Shown: in pieces, positions 11,401-23,000 of the stretch | Position numbering within the stretch: position 1 is the first letter of the stretch | How the letters are laid out: each line of letters starts with the position of its first letter | NCBI GenBank assembly: GCA_002269645.1 | Contig: NIVC01002181.1 | Span: forward strand, 1-46,006 | Source: Macrostomum lignano | Taxonomy: Eukaryota | Direction: 5' to 3' | DNA length: 46,006 nucleotides | Notes under the pieces: generated by a model | Database searches by the model: none | Seen by the model: the letters and a program-made list of their open reading frames with translations, nothing else | Told to the model about the DNA's origin: nothing | Made by a program: the position numbers and the translations under genes

Positions 11401-12464
11401 GACTCTGGGGCGACTCTAGTGACTCTGGGGCGACTCTAGTGACTCTGGGGCGACTCTAGTGACTCTGGGGCGACTCTAGTGACTCTGGGGAGACAGTATA
11501 ACGATTCTGGACCGACACTTTCACGATTCTACAACTGACGTGACGCGCTTGTGTCGCAACAATCGCCTCTTCGTCTGATTAGACGCTTTTGTGTCGTTAA
11601 AAGTCTCAAGAGTCGCTAGAGTCACTATAGAGTTATTTGCAACGTCTTTTTAGCAATGCTTGTCACGGTATCGCTTGAATCAATGATTATTTACCTGTCG
11701 AGCCGCTTCTGCTCCTGCTCCCAGTCTTCGTTATCAAGCTGATCTTGCCTACGCTCGCTGCCGGCAATGCTGTCGGTACCTCTCCGACGATCCCGACTGC
11801 GGTAGTCGCGCTTGTAAGTCGGCGTTGGCATCGGGGTGTATTCGAAGGAGCCTCTGCCGCCTTCGCCGGCCCTGCTTTCGACATCCCAATTCTCACGCGA
11901 TGGAGTCGCCTCATTGGCGCTCAGATGCTTTGGGGTCCGGTAGTAGGGCGAGCCCGAATCGTCCGCCTCCCGGCGCGTGGACGTGTCTCGCTCCCACTCG
12001 TCGTAGCGGCGCCTCCGTTCCGAGCGGCTGCCGCCGCCGCCGCCGCCGCCAGAAGAGGATCTGGCAGCAACGATCCCGCGCTCCTGCCGGCGCGGCGCCT
12101 TCAGCTCCGGGCGCGGGATGTCGGCGATATCGGACCGCTGCGAGGCTGGCGTTTCTGGGCGCAGCTCGCGGTACTTTTTAGCGGCCGGGCCAGCTGCTGC
12201 TGCGGCGGCGGCTTCCTCGCGCTTCCGGGCCGCCAGCTTGTCCAATCCGAGCAGCGACGGCCGCGAGGACTGCGGTGGCGGCTGACGGTCGGCTGGCTTC
12301 TTGAACTGGATGCCGCCAGCGGCCAGGCCGCCTGTGGCCTCGGTGTTGGCCAGCGGGCGGGCGCCGGCGCCGCTGCGCACAACGAGGCCGCCTGCCTGGC
12401 CAGAGTCGCGGCTACCTGGCAGAACATCGTGCGCCTGCTCCTCTGGCGGCTCCGTGGCGGACAT
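5431..12464 (-). CDS. DHX38: Pre-mRNA splicing DEAH-box helicase Prp16; exons 12464-11695, 10853-10625, 9916-9434, 9247-8702, 8068-7745, 7198-6716, 6102-5431 (~1168 aa)
   Basis: GETGCGKT (motif I), ILDEAH (II), SAT (III), TNIAETSLT (V), QRSGRAGR (VI), plus HA2 and OB-fold regions. Prp16-specific RQWYQMDEG and [22 protein letters not shown] segments. All six introns are GT-AG with consistent phases. Confidence 0.97.
6157..6450 (-). mobile_element. tRNA-derived SINE with CORE-like body (copy 1, DHX38 intron 6)
   Basis: Minus strand starts GGGGTTGTAGCCTAGTGG (A box)...GGTTCGATTC (B box), then GTGTCCTTGAGCAAGACACTTAAC...CAGCTGTAAAATGGG, resembling the CORE/MIR domain. Three other copies in the window. 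Confidence 0.85.
7254..7576. repeat. ~32-bp minisatellite, ~10 copies (DHX38 intron 5)
   Basis: Unit GAATGACACCAGATCAGAGAGGAGATCCGGGT, degenerating to the right. Confidence 0.9.
8255..8450. repeat. Interspersed repeat family A (DHX38 intron 4); partial copy at ~8130-8175
   Basis: Near-identical inverted copy at 4240-4449; related segments at 30405-30860, 33850-33960 and 34490-34650. Confidence 0.8.
9931..10620. repeat. 30-bp minisatellite, 23 copies, filling DHX38 intron 2
   Basis: Unit TGGCGCTTAACTATGAATCTGGCTTGTCAT; two units fit exactly per 60-nt line. Confidence 0.95.
11101..11490. repeat. Perfect 20-bp minisatellite, ~19.5 copies (DHX38 intron 1)
   Basis: (GACTCTGGGGCGACTCTAGT)n with no visible variants. 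Confidence 0.95.
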
Positions 12465-12810
12465 GCGCTGTGATTTATCGCGAACCAGTCAGTGAGAAGA
12501 GCTTGGAATGCCAAATAAGCAGCAAAGCAATTTCGAAGAATAAAATCAACTTAAACCCAGATATTCACAATACAGGCAAAAATACTTAAATAAAGTAAAA
12601 ATTATCAAATTTATTAAGGCAAAAAATTCATGCAAAGAAACTATAAATATTGTTGCAATGTTTATTTATGCCCATCAACTGTCAATGGGAAAAAGAGGGT
12701 CATATCTTTTTTTAAGTCTGCTGTGACCCTATTTAGCAACAGTACGCATTGGAATACTATGAGTGCATAGCAGAAATGCAAAAGCCAGACTGTCATTGGG
12801 CATTCAAAGA

Positions 12811-13724
12811 TTACGCAATCTTTGCCGTCCTGTCGTCAGCCGGCAGACAGTCCAGCAGAAACTGGCGCAGACTGCTGTGCGTCATCTTGCACGGATCCTC
12901 GCAAATCCGGCATGCGGCACTGACCTCTCTGGGCTGCAGCGGCTCGGCAGCCTCAACCAGCATGCCGGCCACCTGGCGCAGGCTGCGCATGTAGGCCAGA
13001 GTCACCGAGCTGCTGCCGCCGCTGTTCGAGCCGTCGCCGACCTCCAGCTGCCAGTCGGTGGCGCCAACAGGCCGGCAGACAGTGGCCGCGGTAACCAAGT
13101 CGTACATCTCTAGGCCGGCATCCACCAGAGCTAGGCAGGCGCAATTAACGGCGGTTGCTAGGCAACAGCCGGCGTCCTCCAGCACCAAGCAGTGCAGCTC
13201 GATGCGCGACTTGGGCAGCCGATCCAGCCGCAGCGATGGTGCCAGAGTGTCCTGAGTAAAGTCGGTTAATATTTGAGCACACAATTACGATGGAGACTTA
13301 TAGAGTAAAGAGTGCAAAGTAAAATTCCAATCAAGAATAAGGATCTCACCTGTAGAAAGCTGGCCGCGCGTCTCTCAGTTTCGTCGGGCAGGTAAGAAAC
13401 TCGGCCAGCTTGATGAGAGGCAAATGGTGCCAATTTGTAATACACCTGCAGCTGGGCTCGAGACTGCTCAGCGCCTGCATCAGTCAATACAGACCGCTTG
13501 GGCTCCATTGGGCCGTGCACTGAGCACAGGACTTTGGTGTCGCCAAATTCTACATAGCCGGACCCGACAGTGTCTTGGACTAGACGGCGCTGAAACCAGT
13601 GCTGCTGCTGCTGCTGCTGCTGTTTGCCTTGGCTAGCTGGGGCCGGGCTGTCGCCAGCCAGCGGCAGGGCGCGCACATCGATGCCATCAACCAAGGCTGT
13701 ATTGCGGTAGCGGTCAAGCGGCAT
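12811..13724 (-). CDS. EXOSC6: RNA exosome core subunit Mtr3 (RNase PH fold); exons 13724-13350 and 13251-12811 (~271 aa; alternative in-frame ATG at 13766)
   Basis: MPLDRYR start; GSGYVEFGDTKVLCSVHGP; APF; LPKSRIELHCLVLEDAG; LALVDAGLEMYDLV (the EMYDLV motif and N-terminus favour Mtr3 over Rrp41). GT-AG phase-0 intron 13349-13252. Confidence 0.85.
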
Positions 13725-14543
13725 CACGTGATCGCTGATAGGCAGTTGCGAGTTACGGGCATGCATTATATTTTCATTGTCTGTTGATAACAACTGTCCG
13801 GAAAAGTTCTGACGCTTCAAGCTCGCATATTTTGGTCATTCCATACAAAAAGTTATGCTTGGAAAACAACAGATAGTTGCAGTGAAAGTAACAAGCAATA
13901 TAAAAAGCGATTATTCGTCTTTAAGAATCAAATTGTTGTCTTTCAACTCGGTCTCACTCTCCACCTGTAGCGACAAACTTCTCTCCCATCGCTTGAGCAT
14001 CCCTCACGTCAATCGCATCAAAAAAGCACTGCCTTGAAAGACCCTGGAAGAGACTGCGCCTGACCTTTGTCCTCTAAATGACCCCTGTTGGGGCATAAAT
14101 TGCGGGAAAGAAACCGGCTGCCGTGATAACTGGGAAGTGCGGAGGTTGCGGCAGAAGCTTAAATTGGCTTTTAAAGCATGGCCAAAATATACGAGAAGAA
14201 CCGTGTTTCTGCTCTTGGCTTTAGAGTGTCTGAGCTTTCCGGACAAAGCCTCTCGTACATTCAACCTACTTGAGTTCGTTTTCTATCTCTCTAACGTAAC
14301 ATAAAGTCGGAGAAACATGTTATAATCAATCTAAAAGTTGAAATTCAAAAGTTAAGCTATGCCGTGTTTATTGACACATCCGGATGAATAATAACAAGCA
14401 GAAAAGATATATATTTACACTCAGTAGAGTACGAGTATCGCATAACTCAAGCTGCGGCCTGCGCAGAAATATCCAAAATACGAAAACATCAGGGCAAAAG
14501 CAGTAAAACAAACTGCGTATAATTGGGAAGTTGCGCAGAGCTG

Positions 14544-15531
14544 CTACTGCTGCCCAGCCTGGCCAGCCAGCCGGCGGAAGCGCAAGAAGTGGCGCCTACT
14601 GGCGATGGCCTGGTCCAGCCACACCAGCTCCCAGTGCAGCTGCTGTCGCAACCCGGATAGAGCCGACTCGTCCAAACAGCTCACGCTTTCTTCATCAACT
14701 TCCGCGTCAGCATCTTTTCGCTGGCCTGTCTCTGTTGCGACTTCCGCAATGCCCGGGTCGTACTGAGTGCTGGCATCGAGTTTGACATCCGCTTCTGCCT
14801 CCAGGTCAGCCTGTGCTTCAGCCTCTAGTTTAGCCTGCGCTTCAGCTTCTAGTTTAGCCTGCGCTTCAGCCTCTAGTTTAGCTTGAGCTTGAGCTTCTAG
14901 TTTAGCCTGCGCTTCAGCTTCTAGTTTAGCCTGCGCTTCAGCTTCTAGTTTAGCCTGCGCTTCAGCCTCTAGTTTAGCTTGAGCTTGAGCTTCTAGTTTA
15001 GCCTGCGCTTCAGCTTCTAGTTTAGCCTGCGCTTCAGCTTCTAGTTTAGCCTGCGCTTCAGCCTCTAGTTTAGCCTGCGCTTCAGCTTTTTTCTGACGCT
15101 GCCATTGGGAAGTCCACTGGCGACAGCCGGCAGCGGCGACAGCGGCGGCAGCCCTGACGTCGCCGTCAGCCTCGCAGGCCAGCTCAAAGTAGTACCGGTT
15201 AGCATCGTTGAGTCGGCGCCGAAACAAATAGCCCCGGGACACCGCCTGCAGCCTCACTAGCCATTCGGGCTCGCGAAGCTGACCGCCTGCGCCGTTATTT
15301 GACTGCAAGGAACAAACTATTGGTGGTTAGGCAAGTTTTTTAGCCCTAGCAACAAGCAAAGTAACATATTTACAACTGTAAACTGAACGAAATCAATGCC
15401 AATAAAAAATAGCTCATTATAATCTGACCCGGACTACAAGTCCTTCCAGTAGAGCAGATGTATATAATTTTAGCAGCAGAATAGCTAAAGCTTCGGATAA
15501 TACTTCAGCTTACGACATTGTAAACAGCCAT
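14544..15531 (-). CDS. IQCC: IQCC-like IQ-motif protein; predicted 18-nt first exon 15531-15514 (MAVYNV) plus exon 15302-14544
   Basis: N-terminal IQ motif LQAVSRGYLFRRRL and C-terminal LRQQLHWELVWLDQAIASRR match the two conserved IQCC blocks as I recall them. The large exon has no in-frame Met and follows a TTGCAG acceptor. ATG...GTC|GTAAGC at 15531-15508 supplies a phase-0 start; the first exon is less certain. Confidence 0.75.
14775..15086 (-). repeat. Coding 24-bp tandem repeat, (AEAQAKLE)x~13, inside the IQCC-like exon
   Basis: Directly visible in DNA and translation; the AQAQ variant recurs at units 5 and 9. Confidence 0.95.
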
Positions 15532-15912
15532 GTGTACGGTGACAACAGCGCATAAAGTATTTTAGCTCGTATGTGCAGTAAAATATAAACACTACAAGCA
15601 CATTCAGCCACCCAGATCTACCTAGAAGCATTGTAAAGTTCTTTACCTGGGAAAAATTCGACAGATATTCAATTAGCTAGGTAGAACCAGAGATGATACT
15701 AGGTAGGATAACTAGACATGTCACTCGCAATTAAATTTGTAAAAAAAGTAGAGCGCCTAATTCTTTGTTTTCAGTAGTTTATTGCGCTGTGTCAGCTAAA
15801 TTTAATGCTGCAGTTAAAATTTCATTTCCTTCCTCGGGGTTCGTGGATCGTGTCAAGCATCAACTCGATGAACACAAGTGAACGCAAGACGGACAAAATG
15901 CAGTCTACATGA

Positions 15913-16591
15913 GCAGGCCCAATCTAGCTCAGCCAATGAGCGAACAGCGAGAAAAGAAGTCAAATTCAGACGGACGAAACTCTGCCTAGGGGCAGACCCA
16001 ATCTAGCTCAGCCAATGAGAGAGCAGTAAGGAGAGAGATCAAATTCAGACGGACGAAACTCTGCCTAGGGGCAGGCCCAATCTAGCTCAGCCAATGAGAG
16101 AGCAGTAAGGAGAGAGATCAAATTCAGACGGACGAAACTCTGCCTAGGGGCAGGCCCAATCTAGCTCAGCCAATGAGAGAGCAGTAAGGAGAGAGATCAA
16201 ATTCAGACGGATGAAACTCTGCCTAGGGGCAGGCCCAATCTAGCTCAGCCAATGAGAGAGCAGTAAGGAGAGAGATCAAATTCAGACGGACGAAACTCTG
16301 CCTAGGGGCAGGCCCAATCTAGCTCAGCCAATGAGAGAGCAGTAAGGAGAGAGATCAAATTCAGACGGACGAAACTCTGCCTAGGGGCAGGCCCAATCTA
16401 GCTCAGCCAATGAGAGAGCAGTAAGGAGAGAGATCAAATTCAGACGGACGAAACTCTGCCTAGGGGCAGGCCCAATCTAGCTCAGCCAATGAGAGAGCAG
16501 TAAGGAGAGAGATCAAATTCAGACGGACGAAACTCTGCCTAGGGGCAGGCCCAATCTAGCTCAGCCAATGAGAGAACAGTAAGGAGAGAGG
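15913..16591. repeat. 79-bp tandem repeat, ~8.5 copies, intergenic between ANKS3-like and IQCC-like
   Basis: Unit GCCCAATCTAGCTCAGCCAATGAGAGAGCAGTAAGGAGAGAGATCAAATTCAGACGGACGAAACTCTGCCTAGGGGCAG. Confidence 0.93.
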
Positions 16592-17152
16592 TCAGCCAAA
16601 CTGTTTATCTGCCTGTCTGGTCCACGCCTTTTTTCTTTTTTGCTAGTTATGCACACGCACTGGATTTGGGTGCAGTTTCAAACGGATGCTAATTTAATGA
16701 ATGGGTTTGCTTGTAAAAAGCCAGATATACACGCAACCAACGCTAATTTTGCTACTGAAAAGAGTGAATGAAGGCATTTTTGCGTGTGACATATCTAGTT
16801 AGTTATTCAGGTATCTGTAGGCATAACATGATAAAAACAGATTTAAAAATAGCAAAAGTAGCGGGGATTGGAATTGAAAATACTGGCGCTATATATTGGC
16901 ATTACAGGTGCAGATGCACATGAGAGTATAGAGGTTGATTTAACACTGACGCACTAAAAAAATGCGATACATGCAGGGCAAAGCTGTTTAACAAGCGTTA
17001 GACGCTTCAGTTAGTGGAGACCATCTAGAAACAGTCCAATGAAAGCACCAGACATCTAAGATGCAACAGGGAGATCAGTGATTAAACATGCTAAGCAAAA
17101 TAATTACAGCTATGGGCAACTCCAGTTATCAATTATAGACGTATGTGCAGCA

Positions 17153-19327
17153 TTAAGTGTTTGACACCCGTTCCAAATGAGTCTGCAGCTCAACAGTCTT
17201 CTTCCTTAGCTTATGCAACCAAATTTGCACATTAGCCGGTTGAGTACTTTTGCCAAGCTCATCGGTTAGATTGATGCAAATGTCTTCTAATAGTTTTACG
17301 CAATCTTTAGCCTGCTGGATGCTGTCTGCCCTGTCAGCGCTTGACGCTTGGCGCGGTTGCGGTTGCTCAGCCTCAACAGCCGGTGTAGGCGCGGGCTGAT
17401 TGGCCCTCAGCTGGGTAAGATGGTTCACTAGTTTACGCTTGGGCCCGATTAGCGTCAGGCCTCTAGCCACTATCTGTGAGGGAGTTGGAAATAAACAAAT
17501 TTAAATTCTCATTGTTTCAGAGTCTCGCATAGAATCTATTTCATCCCATTAGAAACAGACGTTCATGGAAAGTAAACTCGATGCGACAGTGGCATCGAAA
17601 ATATGGCTAGCGGCACTACATCAAAGGATCCCGGATAGGGGTGGTGGCACTACATCAAAGGATCCCGGATAGGGGTGGTGGCACTACATCAAAGGATCCG
17701 GGATAGGGGTAGGCTACATCAAAGGATCCGGGATAGGGGTAGCGGCGCTATATCAAAGGATCCGGGATAGGGGTAGCGGCGTTACATCAAAGGATCCGGG
17801 ATAGGGGTAGCGGCGTTACATTAAAGGATCCAGGAGAGGTAGCGGTGCTAAATCAAACGACCCGAGGAAAATATCGCTCTATCCTTTGAACCGGGAGAAG
17901 TGACGCTTCATCAAAAGACCAGTTAACAAGCATTAATAACCTGCTCTTCCGTAAGCTGCAGAAAGTCTTGCATCGGCATTCCCTCAAACAGGTGAGCATA
18001 TTTGTTCAGCTTCAGCTCAGAAAACACGGCTTCAATGCTGGCCGGCTGCTGATTGATTGAAAAGCCGGCTAATTCTAACAGTTCACCGCAGAACAGCTTC
18101 TCCAACAGTAGCTGCGTGGTGGCCGTGTGCCCGCCCAGTACAGCCTGGCGCAGATGCAGCAATCCGCACAGCGAGCGCTTCCGCTGCCAGCACAGCAGCA
18201 GGTCCTCCAAGCAGTCGCGCTGGCCATACAGAACGCAGTGCATGGCGGCATTGTGCCCGTCTGAATCTATCGGGTCGGGATCTGGGCCGGAGTAGGAAGC
18301 GGTTGCTAAAATAGTCACAGCGCTTCGATGACCGCAGCTGCAGGCCAGCATCAGAGCTGTGCGCCGCCGTTTGTCCGCGGTGTCGCCCACATGAGTGCCG
18401 TACTTTTCTAGCAGCAGCTTCACCTTTAATGCGAAAGTTGGGCATAGGGAATATCTGAGAATCTTCTAATATACAACTGACTTTTTTTAAGCATGGAAGC
18501 TCGAGAGCTAACCTTCATGGCACAGTTTATACATGCCTGGCAATGAGAAAGTCAAGGCCACAGTGCTCTGGAGGGTATAACTGTTACATTGATATATACA
18601 TTGCATTAAGGGTTGTAGCCTAGTGATTAGAGCGTCGGACTCACGACTGAAAGGCCGGGGTTCGATTCCCGATCCCACTGGAACAATTTGCGTCCTTGAG
18701 CAAGACACTTAACTCTGCATTGCTTCAGTTCACCCCCAGCTGTAAAATGGGTGTCAGTATTAGCTGGGGTAATTGAGGGTGTGTGTGGCGACCCCCAGTC
18801 CTTGGACTGAACAGCCGTACGCAGCCCTCGATGTGCCGCGCAAAAGGAATTTCTAGAAAAAAAGAATCCCTTTGCCTTTGGGCCTACGGCTTGTAATCCC
18901 AATAAATCCCTAAATCCCAATGAGTCTCTCTGATGGAGCTTTGAACCTTTAGCCACGATTCATAAAAGGGAGTCACACTCACCAGACTGTCGTGACCCAA
19001 GTAAGCTGCGTACATCAGAGGAGTCCAGCCGCTTCTGTTCGCTTTGCCCAGAGCGGCCGCAGGCAGCCGGCCATCCGTCACGGCCTGGTCTAGATACTCA
19101 CAATCACCCAAGCTGGCAGCGGTGCAGGCGTCCATTGGCTCGCTGAGGCAGACTTCGTTCTCCACCGTCCAGTACGGCGGCTGCTGTCCGTCCTGCATCC
19201 TGGATGTGGCAGTATCACGTGACCTGGCCGTCCCTCCGCAGCCCCCAATTCCCGAGTCGGAATTGGCCGAGCTTTGCAGCGCTGGCCCCGGCAGCGGAAT
19301 GGTCAGAATGCTTCTTATGGTTACCAT
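17153..19327 (-). CDS. ANKS3: Ankyrin-repeat and SAM-domain protein, ANKS3-like; exons 19327-18983, 18423-17941, 17473-17153 (~382 aa; start could be the ATG at 19198)
   Basis: PMDACTAASLG...GWTPLMYAAYLGHDSLV|VKLLL...TALMLACSCGH closely follows the ANKS3 N-terminal ankyrins. SAM-like segment LNKYAHLFE...FLQLTEEQ|IVARGLTLIGPKRKL. Both introns are GT-AG phase 0. Confidence 0.8.
17605..17855. repeat. ~34-bp minisatellite, ~7 copies (ANKS3-like intron 2)
   Basis: Unit GGCACTACATCAAAGGATCCCGGATAGGGGTGGT with variants. Confidence 0.88.
18610..18843 (+). mobile_element. tRNA-derived CORE-like SINE (copy 2, ANKS3-like intron 1)
   Basis: GGGTTGTAGCCTAGTGATTAGAGCG...GGTTCGATTCCC head followed by the same body as 6157-6450. 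Confidence 0.85.
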
Positions 19328-20072
19328 GGAAACGCTAGATTTAATAATAGTCGAATTACACGTGTGTATACATGCAATTGTCTTAGTAGATAATAAATTC
19401 TCTCACTAATGCGATAATAAACTCAACATTAGAACTTGCAGTTCGACTCAGTAAAGTACATATTAAGTGCATGTACACGAGTTAAAATAATGACAAAGCA
19501 ACGAATCGAGAAGTACAAGGAATGTATATACTCTTATATTTATATTTGACACGGCAAACTGAACAGAAAAAGCAAGGTAAGGTACAGGTCTAAACAAAGA
19601 AACACATATCGATCTCTTCCCAGCTACAGATTTTCTCACATGGTAAATTTCATTCAGCTCCAACTTTCACCTGCCTTTCCTTTCATCGCGCCATTTGATA
19701 AAAAAAAGTCGCATTATCGAACTTCGGAATGCTTGACGCCATAATTTCTGGGAATTTTTGAGCTTGACTTTTGAGCAAAATTTATACAGATCAGCACAGA
19801 AAAACGCTGATTAGCATGGTTATTATAAGAAGCCAACATTAGCTCAGTACAAATGGAATGTTTGCATACACAGCGCAGTGAAATACTATTCAGTAGAGGT
19901 ATTACTAATAAATAGCAAATCTGAGCAAATACCGACATCATCAGGAGAATGAATAGAGCAATTCACTAATTAGCAGCCAAAAGGTTTAGAATCGGCAAAC
20001 GCAAAAGCAAATTAGAAATTAGACAACGAATTTTGCTCGTACATGCGAAGTCGCTATTAACAAACAAAGATT

Positions 20073-23000
20073 TCACGAAGCAGCGGCAGCAGCTCGCAGC
20101 ATTTCAGACTGCTTGGACCGCAGCCAGCGAGACAGCGGGTCGCGCTGGTCGCCAGAGTACAGAGTGTAGAACCGCATGCCAACTATTGACACTGGGCTGG
20201 GCCGCCTCTCCGGTTCTTTCTGTAGGCTGCATTGGTTTTGGCAATAATCAGCTGACATGTCTGGCCGATGTTAATCGAAATCAAGCAATGCTATCACACG
20301 CGATGATTTGTTTTACAATACAGAATGGAACCTCAGGACCAGAAAGGAACGGTAGCTTCACCTCAGGACCAGATGGGAATGGCCAGTTTCACCTCAGGAC
20401 CAGATGGGAATGGCCAGTTTCACCTCAGGACCAGATGGGAATGGTCAGTTTCACCTCAGGACCAGATGGGAATGGTCAGTTTCACCTCAGGACCAGATGG
20501 GAATGGCCAGTTTCACCTCAGGACCAGATGGGAATGGCCAGTTTTACCTCAGGACCAGATGGGAATGGCCAGTTTTACCTCAGGACCAGATGGGAATGGC
20601 CAGTTTCACATGGGGATCAGATGGGAATGGTGAGTTTCACCTCAGGACCAGATGGGAATGGCCAGTTTTACCTCAGGACCAGATGGGAATGGCCAGTTTC
20701 ACCTGGGATCAGATGGGAATGGTCAGTTTCACCTCAGGACCAGATGGGAATGGTCAGTTTTACCTCAGGACCAGATGGGAATGGCCAGTTTTACCTCAGG
20801 ACCAGATGGGAATGGCCAGTTTTACCTCAGGACCAGATGGGAATGGCCAGTTTCACCTGGGGATCAGATGGGAATGGTCAGTTTCACCTCAGGACCAGAT
20901 GGGAATGGTCAGTTTCACCTTAGGACCAGATGGGAATGGTCAGTTTCACCTCAGGACCAGATGGGAATGGCCAGTTTCACCTGGGGATCAGATGGGAATC
21001 GCCAGTTTTACCTGCGGATCAGATGGGAATGACAGTTTTACCTGAGGACCAAGGCGGGAGTGGCACTTCCCCTGAGGACCAAGGCGGGAGTGGCACTTTC
21101 CCCTGAGGACCAACACGAGAGTGACACTTTAACCTGAGGACCGAGGCGGAAATGGCACTTTCCCTGAGGACCAAGGCGGGAGTCACACTTTCCCTGAGGA
21201 CCAAGGCGGGAGTGGCACTTCTCCTGAGGACCAAGGCGGGAGTGGCACTTTAACCTGAGGACACTAGGGCGGGAGTGGCACTTCCCCTGAGGACCAAGGC
21301 GGGAGTGGCACTTCCCCTGAGGACCAAGGCGGGAGTGGCACTTCCCCTGAGGACCAAGACGGGAGTGGCACTTCCCCTGAGGACCAAGGCGGGAGTGGCA
21401 CTTCCCCTGAGGACCAAGGCGGGAGTGGCACTTCCCCTGAGGACCAAGACGGGAGTGGCACTTCCCCTGAAGACCAAGACGGGAGTGGCACTTCCCCTGA
21501 GGACCAAGGCGGGAGTGGCACTTCCCCTGAGGACCAAGGCGGGAGTAGCAGTCTCAACTGGGGAGCAGATGGAATGGCAGCCAACATAGGGGCAGAGGAG
21601 CACAAGGCCGGAGCTGCCAACTGCGGATGACTCACCAGGCATCTACAAACTGTATCAGGTCAGCAGAGAACTCCGCGGCCGATAAACGGGGCGCCGGCCC
21701 TCCAACTACAGCCTGCGCAATGAGCATCGGGCCAGACAGACCCTGGCCAACCGGGAAGGGCAGCGAGCCTGTGGCCAGCTCAAATAGGGTGACGCCCAGA
21801 CTCCAAACGTCGGAATGGACTCTGTACTCCATGCCCATGATGCGCTCAGGGGACATGTAGGCGCTGGTGCCGCAGTAGGACAGGGCGATGGAGCTCTTCA
21901 GCTGGATTGCCAGGCCGAAGTCGCACAGTTTCACATCGCCGGCACTATTCACAAGGATGTTGGCGGTCTTCACGTCTCTGTGCATGACGCCCTTGCCCCA
22001 CAGGTAGCGAAGGCCGTCAACAACGCAGCGACAGACGAAACCTGTGTAAATTGGTATCGGTTTAGCTGCGGAATCTAGACTTTGCCTGTAAGATGGGGAT
22101 TGTCAGCTGTGGAATGGGGACTGTCAGTTGTGGAATGGGGACTGTCAGTTGTGGAATGGGGACTGTCGGTTGTGGAATGGGGACTGTCGGTTGTGGAATG
22201 GGGACTGTCGGTTGTGGAATGGGGACTGTCAGCTGTGGGATGGGGACTGTCAGTTGTAGGATGGGGACTGTCGGTTGTGGAATGGGGACTGTCAGCTGTG
22301 GGATGGGGACTGTCAGTTGTAGGATGGGGACTGTCGGTTGTGGAATGGGGACTGTCAGCTGTGGGATGGGGACTGTCAGTTGTAGGATGGGGACTGTCAG
22401 TTGTGGAATGGGGACTGTCAGCTGTGGGATGGGGACTGTCAGTTGTAGGATGGGGACTGTCGGTTGTGGAATGGGGACTGTCAGCTGTGGGATGGGGACT
22501 GTCAGTTGTAGGATGGGGACTGTCGGTTGTGGAATGGGGACTGTCAGCTGTGGGATGGGGACTGTCAGTTGTAGGATGGGGACTGTCGGTTGTGGAATGG
22601 GGACTGTCAGTTGTAGGATGGGGACTGTCGGTTGTGGAATGAGAACTGTCAGCTGTGGGATGGGGACTGTCAGTTGTGGGATGGGGACTGTCAGCTGTGG
22701 GATGGGGACTGTCAGTTGTAGGATGGGGACTGTCAGCTGTGGGATGGGGACTGTCAGTTGTAGGATGGGGACTGTCGGTTGTGGAATGGGGACTGTCAGC
22801 TGTGGGATGGGGACTGTCAGTTGTGGGATGGGGACTGTCGGTTGTGGAATGGTGATTGTCAGCTCTGGAATGGGGACTGTCAGTTGTAGGATGGGGACTG
22901 TCGGTTGTGGAATGGGGACTGTCAGCTGTGGGATGGGGACTGTCAGTTGTGGGATGGGGACTGTCGGTTGTGGAATGGTGATTGTCAGCTCTGGAATGGG

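Noticed and set aside
2538-13787. Plus-strand and alternate-frame ORFs overlapping the real exons (e.g. 2564-3115, 5446-5934, 6617-7024, 8936-9304, 11745-12473)
   Set aside because: Shadow ORFs of GC-rich coding sequence with no recognisable motifs.
15302-15308. IQCC-like start supplied by a spliced-leader terminal AUG (flatworm SLs end in AUG and the acceptor is in frame)
   Set aside because: A simpler cis solution exists: ATG GCT GTT TAC AAT GTC|GTAAGC at 15531-15508 is a phase-0 exon with a strong donor. SL use remains testable but is not required.
7254-16591. Tandem arrays with 30-79-bp units as CRISPR-like arrays
   Set aside because: Units are contiguous with no unique spacers, there are no cas genes, and the context is eukaryotic.
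18610-18680. tRNA genes at the SINE heads
   Set aside because: The acceptor stem 3' half is missing, the anticodon arm is imperfect and varies between copies, and each head runs into the shared SINE body.
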